Source: Ramazzottius varieornatus (Eukaryota; Animalia; Tardigrada). From it: a stretch of DNA of 64,000 bases. This document shows positions 15,261-27,160 of the stretch, piece by piece (position 1 is the first letter of the stretch; each line of letters starts with the position of its first letter). Both the position numbers and the translations under genes were made by a program. The DNA lies in the NCBI GenBank assembly GCA_001949185.1, contig BDGG01000004.1:3169267-3233266 (forward strand), written 5' to 3'. Below the pieces are notes generated by a model that saw nothing but the letters and a program-made list of their open reading frames with translations, made no database searches and was not told where the DNA came from.

Positions 15261-16421
15261 TCAGACGGAAGCAGTTTCTTTCGACGTAGATTCGAAAACT
15301 GACAGCATACTGGAGGAAACGTTATCAACAAAATCCTGAATATTCTCAACGGTATATGGCTTTGAAGAGACCGGAGGAAGAACCGTCACGATGAGTTTTC
15401 CGGCTAGAAGAGACGAAAATGAGTTGGTTTCAACACAGGTACCGGAAGCAGCAACAGCAAAGTAATGATTATGCTCGCTCTTCTTATGTCTTACGATTGA
15501 ATTTGTACGACGCTTTCTCGTAGAACGGAGAATAGCTGGACACCACGACAGGAATTACGGGGATTTGCGCTTGGATAGCCATATGGAAAGCGCCTTTCTT
15601 GAATGGTAGCAAGCCACCTTTATGGTTTCTTGTACCTTCCGGGAACACCCACAATCCAGCCTACGAAGAAAACGTGATTACAAGAACTCCAGAACTAACT
15701 TTTCTGACCATGAAATTGAAAGAGAACGAACATTCTTCTGTTTTATCTGACGAACTACTTGATCTATTGCCTCGCGCGATTTTCCTGGTCGTCTGTCCAC
15801 AAGCACGCCACCGCATAACAAAACGGAAAGGCCGAAGGGTCCAGCGAACATCAGTTCGCGTTTACCCATAGCTGTACATCTTGCGGGAATGGTCGCACAC
15901 ATGGCTGCAAAATAAACTTTCGCTGACATGAATCTCTCAATCGGGAACATCCCCGAAAATAGTATGCATTAGACTGCTGATTGTGAATTTACGTATTAGG
16001 TCCAGCGAAGTTTGATGATTGCAGACAACAATGAAGGGTCCTTTTACGTCAAAATTCTCGAGACCTCGGTGTTCGATGGTAATCCCAAAGATCTGGGGGA
16101 CTTTCAGGAACTTTATGAAGAGCCATGCAACGATGTCTCTATAACACAGAGCATGCACATACTGTACCAATCTTCCAGTAACATTTGGCAGACTCGAACT
16201 TACCTGGTGTTGTTGGGATCGTATGGATTGCGTATGGCCATTGGAACACTCACAGTACAGGTCAGCATAACGCAACACATGTAGATGAACTGCTTGACGA
16301 GGAACTGGAAAAAGGGGCTGACAGTGTAGAGCTTCCATACGGCAGGAATGACGATAGCCGCCAGCATGCAGAAATACTGCAGAAAACTAAACAGTCCGGA
16401 GGATGCGCCTGACGAGTCCAT
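15261..16421 (-). CDS. 1-acyl-sn-glycerol-3-phosphate acyltransferase (AGPAT1/2-like, PlsC family); 5 exons
   Basis: N-terminal hydrophobic segments, motif I CNHQTSLD, VDR, motif III WVFPEGTRN, LLPFKKGAFHMAIQAQIPVIPVV; spliced stop TGA at 15261-15263. Confidence 0.93.
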
Positions 16422-16828
16422 CGCGTTATCGAGTTGACGGTGACCATCCGCACTCCAACTGCAGCTTTGATGAGTGAGCAACAGCTTCCTTCTTCGATCC
16501 CTTTCGCCTCCTGGTCCGGAAATGGTTCAGTGGGCGAAGATGAGACTATTGGAAGTTTCCTCCTGATGCACAGCAGCTGATGTCTACGGCGTCCGCGCGG
16601 TTTCGGTTGACGACAGCTCAAACAACACTCAGACTCAAGTCCAGATTCCAGACTTCAAACTTTATTCTTTCAGTACGTACCGTGCAATGGTAATTAATCC
16701 AGAACGCAGTGAGAACGGGGCGGAAGTAATTAACAGTTTAATGATGTCCGAAAAGTGCATCAGCTGACAAAGGCCTCTTACGTAATGACATAAAGCCATT
16801 ACATAAAAGTAGATACTGTATATATATA

Positions 16829-17086
16829 CAGTCCTACCTGTGAGATGTGACAGTTCAAACGCCCGAAATCAGTTCCGGACGGTTCATGTATGCACGGATT
16901 TTCTCGCCATACTGTGCGCATGAGACTGATCAGCTGATCAAATACGCGCTTGATTACTTGAGCAACTCCAAAGACAACCGGACGTCGATCAGCTGATCGT
17001 GCTACGCAGTGCATGGCCAGGAGTCTCGTACAGAAACGCTGTTCGGTTGCAGAAGAAGCAATTGTCACATCTCACAGGTAGGACTG
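16829..17086. mobile_element. MITE (Tc1/mariner/pogo-type), 258 bp
   Basis: Perfect 24-bp terminal inverted repeats CAGTCCTACCTGTGAGATGTGACA, flanked by TA on both sides (16827-16828, 17087-17088). No transposase ORF; internal GATCAGCTGATC palindromes. Confidence 0.9.
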
Positions 17087-17182
17087 TATAGTGGTGGCTG
17101 GTAGGTAAGATGGCCCACGTGGTACATCGGTGTTTTGAAGGGTGCAATCAGACACGTGATCTTGTGGTTGAACTGTGCGTAG

Positions 17183-18606
17183 ATGGCACTTGAAGATGGC
17201 CATGAAATCGATAAAATCCTGCTGGACATCGACCGGTTGATTCGTGCTGTGCCTCATTCCGGACAAGAATTCTACTCCAGACGCACCATCACGCCTTTTC
17301 CGCTACTCCAGGCTGCAAGTCCGGTTTTCTCTTCCTTCCGACGATGTCACAGAGTCTTCTTACGACAAGACAATAGCAGTGGACCCGGAAGCGCGCAGCA
17401 TAACGACACTTTGATCTCTTCTAGGCTATCTGCTGGCACACGAGGAGCATCAGCTGACGATCTTCTGGAATATCCATTCACGTGGCGATCGCAGTCCCTG
17501 GGAATGTCGACCACGGAATCTAATGAAGATCTCCTGGAACAAGTGCTGTTCGCTTACGAAGTAAGGCTTGGAGAGTTTTGAAGGCATAGCCTAGGTGAAC
17601 TTACCCATATCTTCCACACTGTTTCCGCGTTGCTTCGCCACGACAGGTTTCTTGATATACATATTTGCGTTCCCAGAATGATATAGTTCCGGAAAAGTCA
17701 CTGATCCAGTTTCAGCAGGACACACTTGGCCCTTCTTTCAAGGGACGTCGCTACCAGCTGAATCCGGTTCCACTTTACTACAAAAATCCCAAATGCTGCT
17801 GCAACGTCAAGCTGACGATCTGCTTGTCGATTCTTCTGGCTGTACTTACCACCATCATCCTCCTCCTCATCTTTGGTACCTGTAAACTCACATTGCTTTA
17901 TTCTGAAGAGTGAAGATTGTCTGAGATGACCAAGAGTCTCTTGTCTCTTTGTAGTTTTTGCTGGAGGCTCAGATGCTCAGGAAGATGCTAGCCCGAAGAT
18001 TTTGCCAAGCTCAAATCTGACAGAAGGTTTGTTTACATCGGCAGATATCACAAATTCAAAACCAGTGGACATTACAGGCTCGCTGTTCTCCTTGCAGAAC
18101 ATTACGCTTTGATGGACGCGGTGGTGGGTAAAGGTGGGAAGCTGAGCAGAAAGACGAGTACGAACACGGCAGTCCCCTCGGTTGTAGATCTCCGGTGCGC
18201 TTATGTTCGCTGTCCGCCCTTGGCCAAATGTCACAACGGGCTGTGCAAATGTCCTGCTGGGCATGTGGCAAACTCTACAGGACGTTGTGTGAGAACAGCC
18301 GAATGTGACCAGGCCAAAAAGGTGTGTGGATGGAACTCGGACTGTGTGGGGCTGCCGGGAAACTTGACTTGTGCCTGCAAGAGCGGTTACGAACAACAAC
18401 CCGGGTCGCTGCGGTGTGTCGATATCAACGAGTGCCAACGAACTGAGTTCCAGTGTCCAGCGAACGCCCATTGCTACAACGTGGCTGGAACTTACCGATG
18501 CCTATGTAATCCAGGCTACACGCAGAGCTTCGTAGAGAACATTCTTGTGTGCTTCCTTCCCAGCAGCTTCACTGCGAACACAAGCATGAGTCCTCCCGTG
18601 GTGTGA
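17183..18606 (+). CDS. Type II single-pass membrane protein with C-terminal EGF and calcium-binding EGF domains; 4 exons
   Basis: Exons approx 17183-17560, 17677-17875, 17955-18026 and 18098-18606 splice in phase. No signal peptide. One TM segment (CCCNVKLTICLSILLAVLTTIILLLIFVF), then three Cys-rich modules including cbEGF DINECQRTEFQCPANAHCYNVAGTYRCLCNPGY. Confidence 0.8.
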
Positions 18607-19061
18607 AGACTTAAAAATATTTTGTTACTACAGTTTTTGAGCTTCGACTTTTTTTGTGGTCTTACGGTGCAAACTGCTTCTCGTTCAACACAGCTATGTT
18701 AATTTTCTACACATTTTTCGCACGACTGCTGCCTGTTTCTTTCAACGCCTACATTTTTGGGTCGTGGAGCTCTTCTTGCAGCATTTGGTTCTCCGTTAGC
18801 TGACACTGTTGACGGGATCGAGCTATTGCTTCCGGTGCTATTTCCGGTAGCTTCTTTTCCATAAACTATTTTGTATTAGTATTCAGCTTTTTTCTTTAGA
18901 CTATCCTTTGTGAATATCGGTTTCTTTACTACATGGTTTGACTACCACAGAATGCCGAACTGAGATTTTTTTCAAGACAAAGTAAAAAAAGAAACATGGC
19001 AGCGGTATGAAAACACTCAAGAAAATACTGCCTAAAATTCGATAAAACAAAGAAGGGGGTT

Positions 19062-22000
19062 TCAAGATCGATTTGGAGAGACTTTCCAGTCGAGAGACCG
19101 GCCCACTTGATACATCATCTGTAAAAGTTCATCAAAAGTGACTGACTGGACACTATTGATGGAGTCGTCCCAGGAGATCATCGTGTTTCTATTTCGTTCA
19201 AACCATCTGTACAAGTAAAGAGATGCCATGGCGTCCTCCACCGAGTCGTGACCACTCAACTCCTGTATATGCAAGCGCAAAAAATACCAGGCTAAAAAAC
19301 GTAAGGAAATGAGCCGCTTTCCCGGCAACCGGTACAGTTGGACTGTATCGATGATTTGGGCCTGAGGAACCTACAACTCAAGAAACCGATCAAATTACAC
19401 ATCAGTCGCCACAAACCATCAACAGGTGGTTGGATACTTACCCTAAGGTTGAGAATCTTGAAGTCAGTGTTGATTCCATGCCCTACAAATCTCACTCCCG
19501 CGTCCACCAGATACCGTAGCCGGACATACACGGACTTCAGAGTGTCCAGAGGCTTCAGCGACAAGTTCAGGCTAAGGTCTCCGGGCCGAATGCCGGAGTA
19601 CTTCGTCAAGTGGTTCGCCACCTGGACCATAACAGCAAACATAAGCGAAAACGTTCGGGGAATGCTAAACCAGCACTCACGAACCTTGTCACGAGCTACA
19701 ACGTATTCGTCCATCAATAGCTGGTCCTGCAAAGGCCCATTACCGCGGACCACGGTCACGCGACCAACCGAAAGCATGGCTGGTTTGCCAAAGCTGTCGT
19801 CCAGGTTTTCGTTCTCCGCACCGGCCAACGAGACGAACTCGGCGTCCAGTGCCACGATATTGTAAGGACCAAACGTCTCGGTCTCGCGAACAGCCACAAC
19901 ATCCCCAGGCTTATACCAACGTCTGGAGGCAGTCAGATCGCTGAACTTCTGGAAGACTTCCCGCGTGATTGGATTAACAGCTAAAGAGAGTGAAACCGAC
20001 CATAAAACCTGAGAAGAACTTTCAGAAGTCGAGAATGAGCAGACGCTTACGACACACAGGCCAAAGATCTTCCGTTCCAGTCCGCACGTAAAGTGCCACA
20101 CATGGCATCTTCTGCTCCAAGTCAAACTGAACAGCTTGAGCCTGTAAGAAAGCCGCACATCACAACACGTCAAGACACAAGTCCACGAAAGTATCCCAAT
20201 TACCTGGGTACTCGGTGTCACATCATTACTGCCGAAACGATACCACTGGGACCATGGTGCGGTCTTCGTATAACTGTAGCAGTCATCCTCCTTTTCCTCA
20301 CTGCCAGAAGCGTGCTCGCGATGAATGACTGAAGAAAGCTCGTACGACAGCCAGTTCGAGATGTCGGCTGGCTGTTCAGTCACAACTTCGGTCTGTCCAT
20401 CAAAACCTTGACGTATCCATAGCGCTGCTGGGATTTCGCTTTCGTTCGAATGCTTCTCTTCACTAAATAGAACAACACTTTCGATAAGCACAGAAAAAGC
20501 AAGGAACTATACTCTACAGATGAACTGGATAAGGATACCTGTTCATTTCATGAGGGTGCAAGAAGAAACAATTAGGGCGAGAACACGATGCTCCGTACCG
20601 GCACAGTCCGCGGTCGAGCTTGGAGGAAGTCGTTCTCGCCGCTTTCAGTAACTGAGCGAAACTGGAGACATTGTCGCCGTCTTCTAGGTGGAAGGTGAAA
20701 GCGATGCATTCAGGGTAGCTCAGTACTTGCCGAGACACAAACTGCGAAGGTAAACCCATTTTGTTAACGCACAACCATACGAATATATACATACCAAAGA
20801 TACAGACCAAACAGCAACAGGTGTTTTTGGTATCTTACCGTTTTGCTCTGCAGTCCACAGCCGCACGTCAAGGTCCATTCCGAATATTCATTGATACTAC
20901 TCTTGAGAAGGTTATCAAACGCTGGAGTTCCGTAATCTGTAAACCAAAATCAGACCATCAAACACATACTCAGGAAAGCTTTCAAAAGACCAAACAGCAA
21001 TAGAGTCATACTGAACGATACTTGTTTGACAATGGTACTGGATTGACACAGCGAAAACGTTCTTCTCCAGTTGGTTTGTGTGATTGCAACCCGAGTGATG
21101 GACGGTCTCGAGCATCCGCCATGCGAAGAGTGATGTCAGCGGGTTTTCCTGCATGATCGCCTGCGCTGCGTGACTGTGGTACTCCAGATGGGTTCGTTCC
21201 ATCAGGAACTCTACCCATGTTTGCACGGCAGAGCCAACGTCCTCGATGACAAAGCTATCTGATGAGACGAGACCCCGTTCCGTAGCTTCCGGGAGAGCTC
21301 TTAGAACTCGCAGCAAGTTCGATGTCTATACCAAAGACAGGCTCTGAAGAGTAACTGAAATTTTATAATATTGAATAGTTAAACACTGTTGCTACCTGGC
21401 ATAGTTCTTCGGTAGAGTCAGCCACGCCCATCATGTGAAAAAGGAAGCCCAGCTCGCACGAAAGGCAGAACTCGTCGAAACAGACGTGGCTCTGGAAGAA
21501 TGCCGAGATGGGAGCGATGTGGTAAAGGCACTGGAGAAACCCATTTATATGTGGGTATGAAGGCTGGCAATCAAGCACTGACGGAACGACTGGCTCGTCC
21601 CACTCGTTTCTACAAACACTTGAACTTGATGAGTTGGCTTTTTCTATCAATCAACCGATACAGTACCCTGAAAGAAGAACCGCTGTACTAAATGATATTC
21701 TAACAAGTTAACACAGACGGAAGATGGGGACAACGAGTCCTTACTAGGCATGGTAAGGTGGCCAAGATCACTGACCGATCGTCCTAAGTGCTTCGATGGA
21801 GAATGCGGTATGTACTCCAACGACTGTGAACGAGATCCTCCAAACACTCCGCTGTTACCATGTGCGAGTCCCTGAAGGCTTTCTCTCAAGATAGCCGAAT
21901 GCTTCAAACTAAGAAGACAACCAGAGCAACTGTCATCCACGCACAGGGAAGTTACACTTGAGAAGTGGCTGTTATTGGAAATTCGGACTCTCACCTTTTT

Positions 22001-23659
22001 TGATTGTTGGTGGACGTTACTGACTGCATGGTCGAAACTGTAGCATCAGCGAAACCGGGAGCGACATTGGCCGCTGTCTGGAAATAGTGATTGTTCAGCG
22101 GTCGGCGGTGAACAACCTGAAACTCGGCAAAACATTCTGGTTATATGAAGTATATCAATCTGCTGAGAATTATAACAATAACCTCGATTGACGGAAGTAA
22201 TCGTAACAAAGTTTTGTTCCATTGACGCGATTTGGCTGATGCTGCTGAACGAAGGACGTGAATACTTCCCGTGTCATCGGCAATGGCAATTTCTTGACCT
22301 GTCGACGACACTTCCAGCGACACTGGAACGGAACAGCTTTTGCTTATTCGACAGACATTCTTCTCGGTGGATACCGATGCCACACTGCTGATCAGCTGGT
22401 ACTTCCCCTCCATATGGTCCACCACGATGCATTTCTGCCCGCAAGTGTCCGGCACAACTCTGGGAACACGTGCGATATTTGGTCATTGAAATATAATACA
22501 TAAGAGTTTACTAATAAACTTCGTAATCAGTTTTCCAAGTGGCGCACGATTTCAACCAATTACTATGAAAACGTGCGCCGCTTGGCAGAACAATCCTGTC
22601 TTTCCCGTTCTCCTAAATCTAACTTCTCAGGAATGCAATAAGTACCTTATGTGTCTCGGGCTAAGGGCGGTGGTGACCGGTGCCGTCGCTTTGCATATGC
22701 GTAAGTCGTAGCACAGTATCGAGCTCGTAGGGACGACACTTCCGTCATCGTTTAGCTCGTTGGCGCACAAGAAGAGTGAGTAGTCGTGCACATCGAGGTC
22801 CCACACCACCAATTTCTTCGGATCAGAGACCAGTTTATGAGTTCGCACCTGATTAGAACGAACGTCTAATATGCCAAGGTCTCCGCTTGACGAGCCGAAA
22901 CATACGAAACGATCAGACGAGCGCATTAACGTCGTGTCGATGGCTCCAACTTGAATGTTCTCAACGATTTCCGGCCGTTGTAAATTCACCTTCCTAACAA
23001 GACCTCGACTGCCGGCAACAAAAACTGTTTCGTTTGGCAAAATGTGACCGCTGCTTCTCACCGTCAGGCAACACGACAACGGTTCTCCATTCGTTACACT
23101 ACAAAATGGAAAACTGAAAGCAGCATGTCAACTCAAAGACGTTACGAAATCTTGTATTTCATCAGTGTCGTGTTCGAAACCATGCATCGAATGCACGCGT
23201 ACTAAGCGCCGATCACATAAGACGGTACAAAAACACAACGGCCGGTTTCTTACGTGTACAACGGTTGATGGAGCAGTTCGAACCCATCGCGTCGATACAG
23301 ACTCAGCCTGTCCAGTCCGACCGTAAAGACCCCGGCTTCGGTGATGCAGTAGTCAGCAATTCCTCCTGCAGCCAGGTACCCAAAGGACGAGCAGAGCTTC
23401 ATGTGTGGACCAACATACGACGAGAGATGACCCTGAAAAGCAGTCACCAAGGCAAGGTAAGCCAGCGGTAATCCACAAACACAGCGACACCAACAACTGT
23501 CCGTACCTCTTTTGTCCCCGTCCACATCAGGTCATCATAATCATCAAAGCGAACAGCCGTCTCACCATAACGCTGACTGCCAAAACTCTTGACGGTCTTG
23601 TGAGGCATGTAAAAGGTGCTATCGAAGGTGGCATCGCCGCTTGATCCCACGAAGTCCAT
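19062..23659 (-). CDS. PAN2: PAN2 poly(A) nuclease catalytic subunit (WD40, pseudo-UCH, DEDD exonuclease); multi-exon
   Basis: WD40 start RFDDYDDLMWTG; pseudo-UCH CFDEFCLSCELGFLFHM; exonuclease motifs VALDAEFV, LTKYSGIRPGDL, FVGHGINTDF, RLISLRFLAWYFL and HDSVEDA are intact. Confidence 0.95.
22535..22585. repeat. Short palindromic dispersed repeat, copy 1 (in a PAN2 intron)
   Basis: ccaagtggcgcacgatttca-accaattacta-tgaaaacgtgcgccgcttgg folds back on itself and is colinear with the copy at 57038-57118. Confidence 0.8.
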
Positions 23660-24814
23660 GATGGTGTCACTGTCAGCGTAGTACGGAATACAGCATAATT
23701 TCCCCCGTTTTTTTTGTCCGCGATGCTGTTGATCAGACAGGCATCCGCGGGTTTTCTTTCTATCTGCAACTATAAAGAAAGGCTTCAAATTAAAACATCG
23801 TGTGGATATTTCGATCCTTCAGTAAGACGTATATAAGAGGTGTCGGGAAGGTATGCGTATCTACCTGTGGCGTGGCAACACAGCTGGCAAATCAGCGGTC
23901 CCTCCAGCCTAGAAAGAAAGATTAACACGATGTTGGTGAGCCTCTAGGCCAGCAATAAGCAAAAAGATTCGTAAACGGACGTTCAAGCTTGCGATCGAAT
24001 GCGTCTCTTCACCTCGTCAAGCATGTATACGCGCATTTGTACTTTCGTAACCTGCTGACGCCAGCAACATTCAAACATGGTTACCATTGCTATGACCATA
24101 TCAGAAGAAATACGAAGCGATACACTTACCCATTCCTGGATCATGGAGGGAAGTTCATCGTCATGAACTTCATCAAGACGAGGAGATAAGAGTGAGATGG
24201 TCCAGTTAGAATCTAGGACACTTTGACGAGCTCTTTGTTCAATGGCTCAACATCGCCACCACGTTACGCGATAAGTACGACAATCTCCTGGTGCTCCTCG
24301 CAAACAGGTCGTACCACGCATAAACCCCACGATCGTTCAGCATGCAACAAAACTCACTATACAAGGTCTGATGAAACGATCTGAATGCTTGTGATCGAGG
24401 AGATGATCGACACAGAAAACAACACATGCCACTGCCAGTTCGCCACTGCTAGCTTCTCTGTTTACGTAACGATCACTGCATGACCTTTGGGTTTAGCCCG
24501 TGATGATCCCCGGCGGACTCTGGGACGCCTGACATCTGGGCTGACTTCGCTGGGTTTGGCCCCAAAGGTCAGCCGGTCGCACCAGGGATTTCCAGGGTTG
24601 CCACCTGTGATCGACCAAACACAGAAGTTCAATATTTTTTATGAACTTGATGGTTTTTCAAACTCTAACTTTTCTTCGTCCTCCTCAAAGCTTCTTACGG
24701 ATCACTGTTCGGACATCATCGTTCGCAGACTGCCGTTCTTCGCAGATGGAGGCAGGACAACTGCTGATGCTCGGTAAGTGAAGTCGGGTGAGGAATCTGG
24801 ATGCAGCTGCTACA

Positions 24815-26005
24815 ATGTCACGAAAGAAACCTACACGACGTCCCGAGGGCACTCCCAAGAATGAAGGACTCAAGATCGACCTCCTGCAACGTTTGCTGAG
24901 CTTCTTCAACGTTTTCTTCTTGGTGAGCAGTGAGAAACTGTATTTAAATATATGAAAATTTTCGGAACTCGGAAAGAACGGTGTTGAGAACTTTTCCCTA
25001 CTTGCTTGCAGTTAACGGGTCTTGGGGTACTTTCCATCGCCGTATGGCTACTTATCACTCAACGGGCATCCTTACTAGTGTCACCCACCTATGCTATGGC
25101 TATATACTTGTTGGTGGTGTCGGGCTGCCTGGTGGTATTCGCGGCTGTTATTGGATTTTGTGGAATCTTCAAGCTGAAGAAGGGACTCTTGTATACGGTA
25201 AGTGAATGAACGCTTGGCGTACCGAATACGGCCACCTGTTTTCCAAAAGATATCCAACGACCATGTCTTTCAGTATATCTTCCTCCTTCTGCTGATATTC
25301 CTCATGGAAGCTGCCGCCGGAGTTTTGGCCTACCTGTACGCCGATCAGGTACGTAAACGATTAACGATCCATCGGAATTTGGTGCACGTGTATGTTATGA
25401 TTATCCTCGTTCTGCGGCCGTAGATGAAGATTGATCTTCAAACGCGACTGAAAGAAATCGTCTCTGACGGTTACGGTACAGACTCGTCCTTGACGGATTC
25501 GATGGACTCGCTGCAGCAGAATATCGGATGCTGTGGTTCGATTCTGTTCGACGACTGGGCCGCGAGTGCCTGGGCGGACGACGCTAGGATTATCAACAAC
25601 AAGAAAGAGGACTACACTCCAGTACCCGATAGCTGCTGCAAAAACATCACTGCAGACTGTGGCTTCCTATCCCATCCCTCAAACATCTATTACGATGTAG
25701 GTATTGGCTCATCGTAGAACTATGCAGTAAATCATTTTCTTTGATGATCTTTCAGGGTTGCGCGGAAGCGTTCTCGCAGCAACTACGGTATCAACTAAAT
25801 ATTATCGGAGGCGTTGGACTGGGAGTGTGCCTTGTTCAGGTTTGACTTTTTGGAATCATAAAAGAGTTGTGTTGGAAATGCGTCTTATCTTTTGTTGTTG
25901 CTGCAGTTGTTTGGGGCAATTCTTTCCTGCTGTTTGCTGTCAAAGATCAAGAACCCGAAACATGACGCCGTGCGCTATAGTCACGGTGGGCGTTATGGTG
26001 GCTAA
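24815..26005 (+). CDS. Tetraspanin (CD151/TSPAN11-like)
   Basis: Four TM segments across the exons (FFNVFFLLTGLG…, …VIGFCG…, YIFLLLLIFLMEAAAG…, …IIGGVGLGVCLVQLFGAILSCC). Large loop with CCG, VPDSCC and HPSNIY. Confidence 0.92.
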
Positions 26006-27160
26006 ATGCTTACTTCTAATCTCTCGGCAAATCTCTAAATATGGAGGGGACTTTTTGGTGTCATGAAAAATTCCAAGGGATACCCCGTTGTTTTTACTGA
26101 ATCTTTGGTGTGTTGTACCTACGTTTCATTCTCTTTTTTCTTGAATCTTTTGAGGTTTGCATTTTCTTGTTAGGTATGTTTCCTTGTTTTACGTTCCAGT
26201 TTTGTTTGATGTGGTTTGTATAGCCGTGGGATACAATGTTCCTGTTAGCTTGTGCTTGATTTCTTCCCGTTGTTGTATTGTCTTGCTGATTTCTCGACAG
26301 CAGCTTGTTTTATTGATAGCTTTTTCGTGGTTTTAGGTTTTAGCTTTAGCTCTACCGTTTTACGAGCTTTTGTTTGTTTTTTCCTGTCAGTTTTTTAATT
26401 CATTAAAATCATAGCTGGTTCCCTGAAATGGGCGTTTCCCTGATGAGCACATAGGACTTCCGGTGCATGGGGCACTGAACAGTGTAAACTTACCAGGGAA
26501 TGTTGTAGTTGACCTCGCACGTACAGTTGTGGCGTCACTGTTATTTATGCAGCTTTGGCCCTGATCAGTCTTGACCATGCATACCAGGTGTATGAATCAC
26601 CAGCAAGGCAAGAGTTGATGGACAAGAGCATAGAGGAAACCATTCGACCACATCCAGTAAGCTCAAACGCATACCGCAGCATGTTTGTACCTCAGCGATC
26701 TCGTTTTAGCTATCAATTCCTGTTCTGCCAGCGAGAAGGTATTTTGTAAATCTCTCTTGAATCTCAATCTCGGACAAGTTTGATGACGACGTGACGCCGT
26801 TTGGATATTGTGCTTTGAAGTTTGAAACCTTGACGGGTGTGGAAAGTACCTCAATATTAGTTTTAATTTCTCGACTGATTTCATAAATTAAGCTTCGATG
26901 TTCCCAGTCCTCAAAATCCGTGTCTCTATGTTTGCAGACATCTCTTTGATTACTTCTTCGGTGAGGATCTGGAAGAGATGCGGGAAGGACAAAGAACTAC
27001 TTCCTGAAAGCTCTGAACTCTGAAGTGAATGGAACTGCATTCCTGCCTGTAGTTCCATTAGCTGTGGATCCTCTATGGAATTGTCCCTGAATACTGAGAC
27101 CTCTACAAACCTCATCTGGTGTTTGGGCGAATCGAGACGACTTGAGGCTTTCTTGTGCAG

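Noticed and set aside
26440-26565. C/D snoRNA-like TGATGA…CTGA
   Set aside because: Imperfect box C context, no convincing terminal stem, no recognisable guide sequence, not in a clear host intron.
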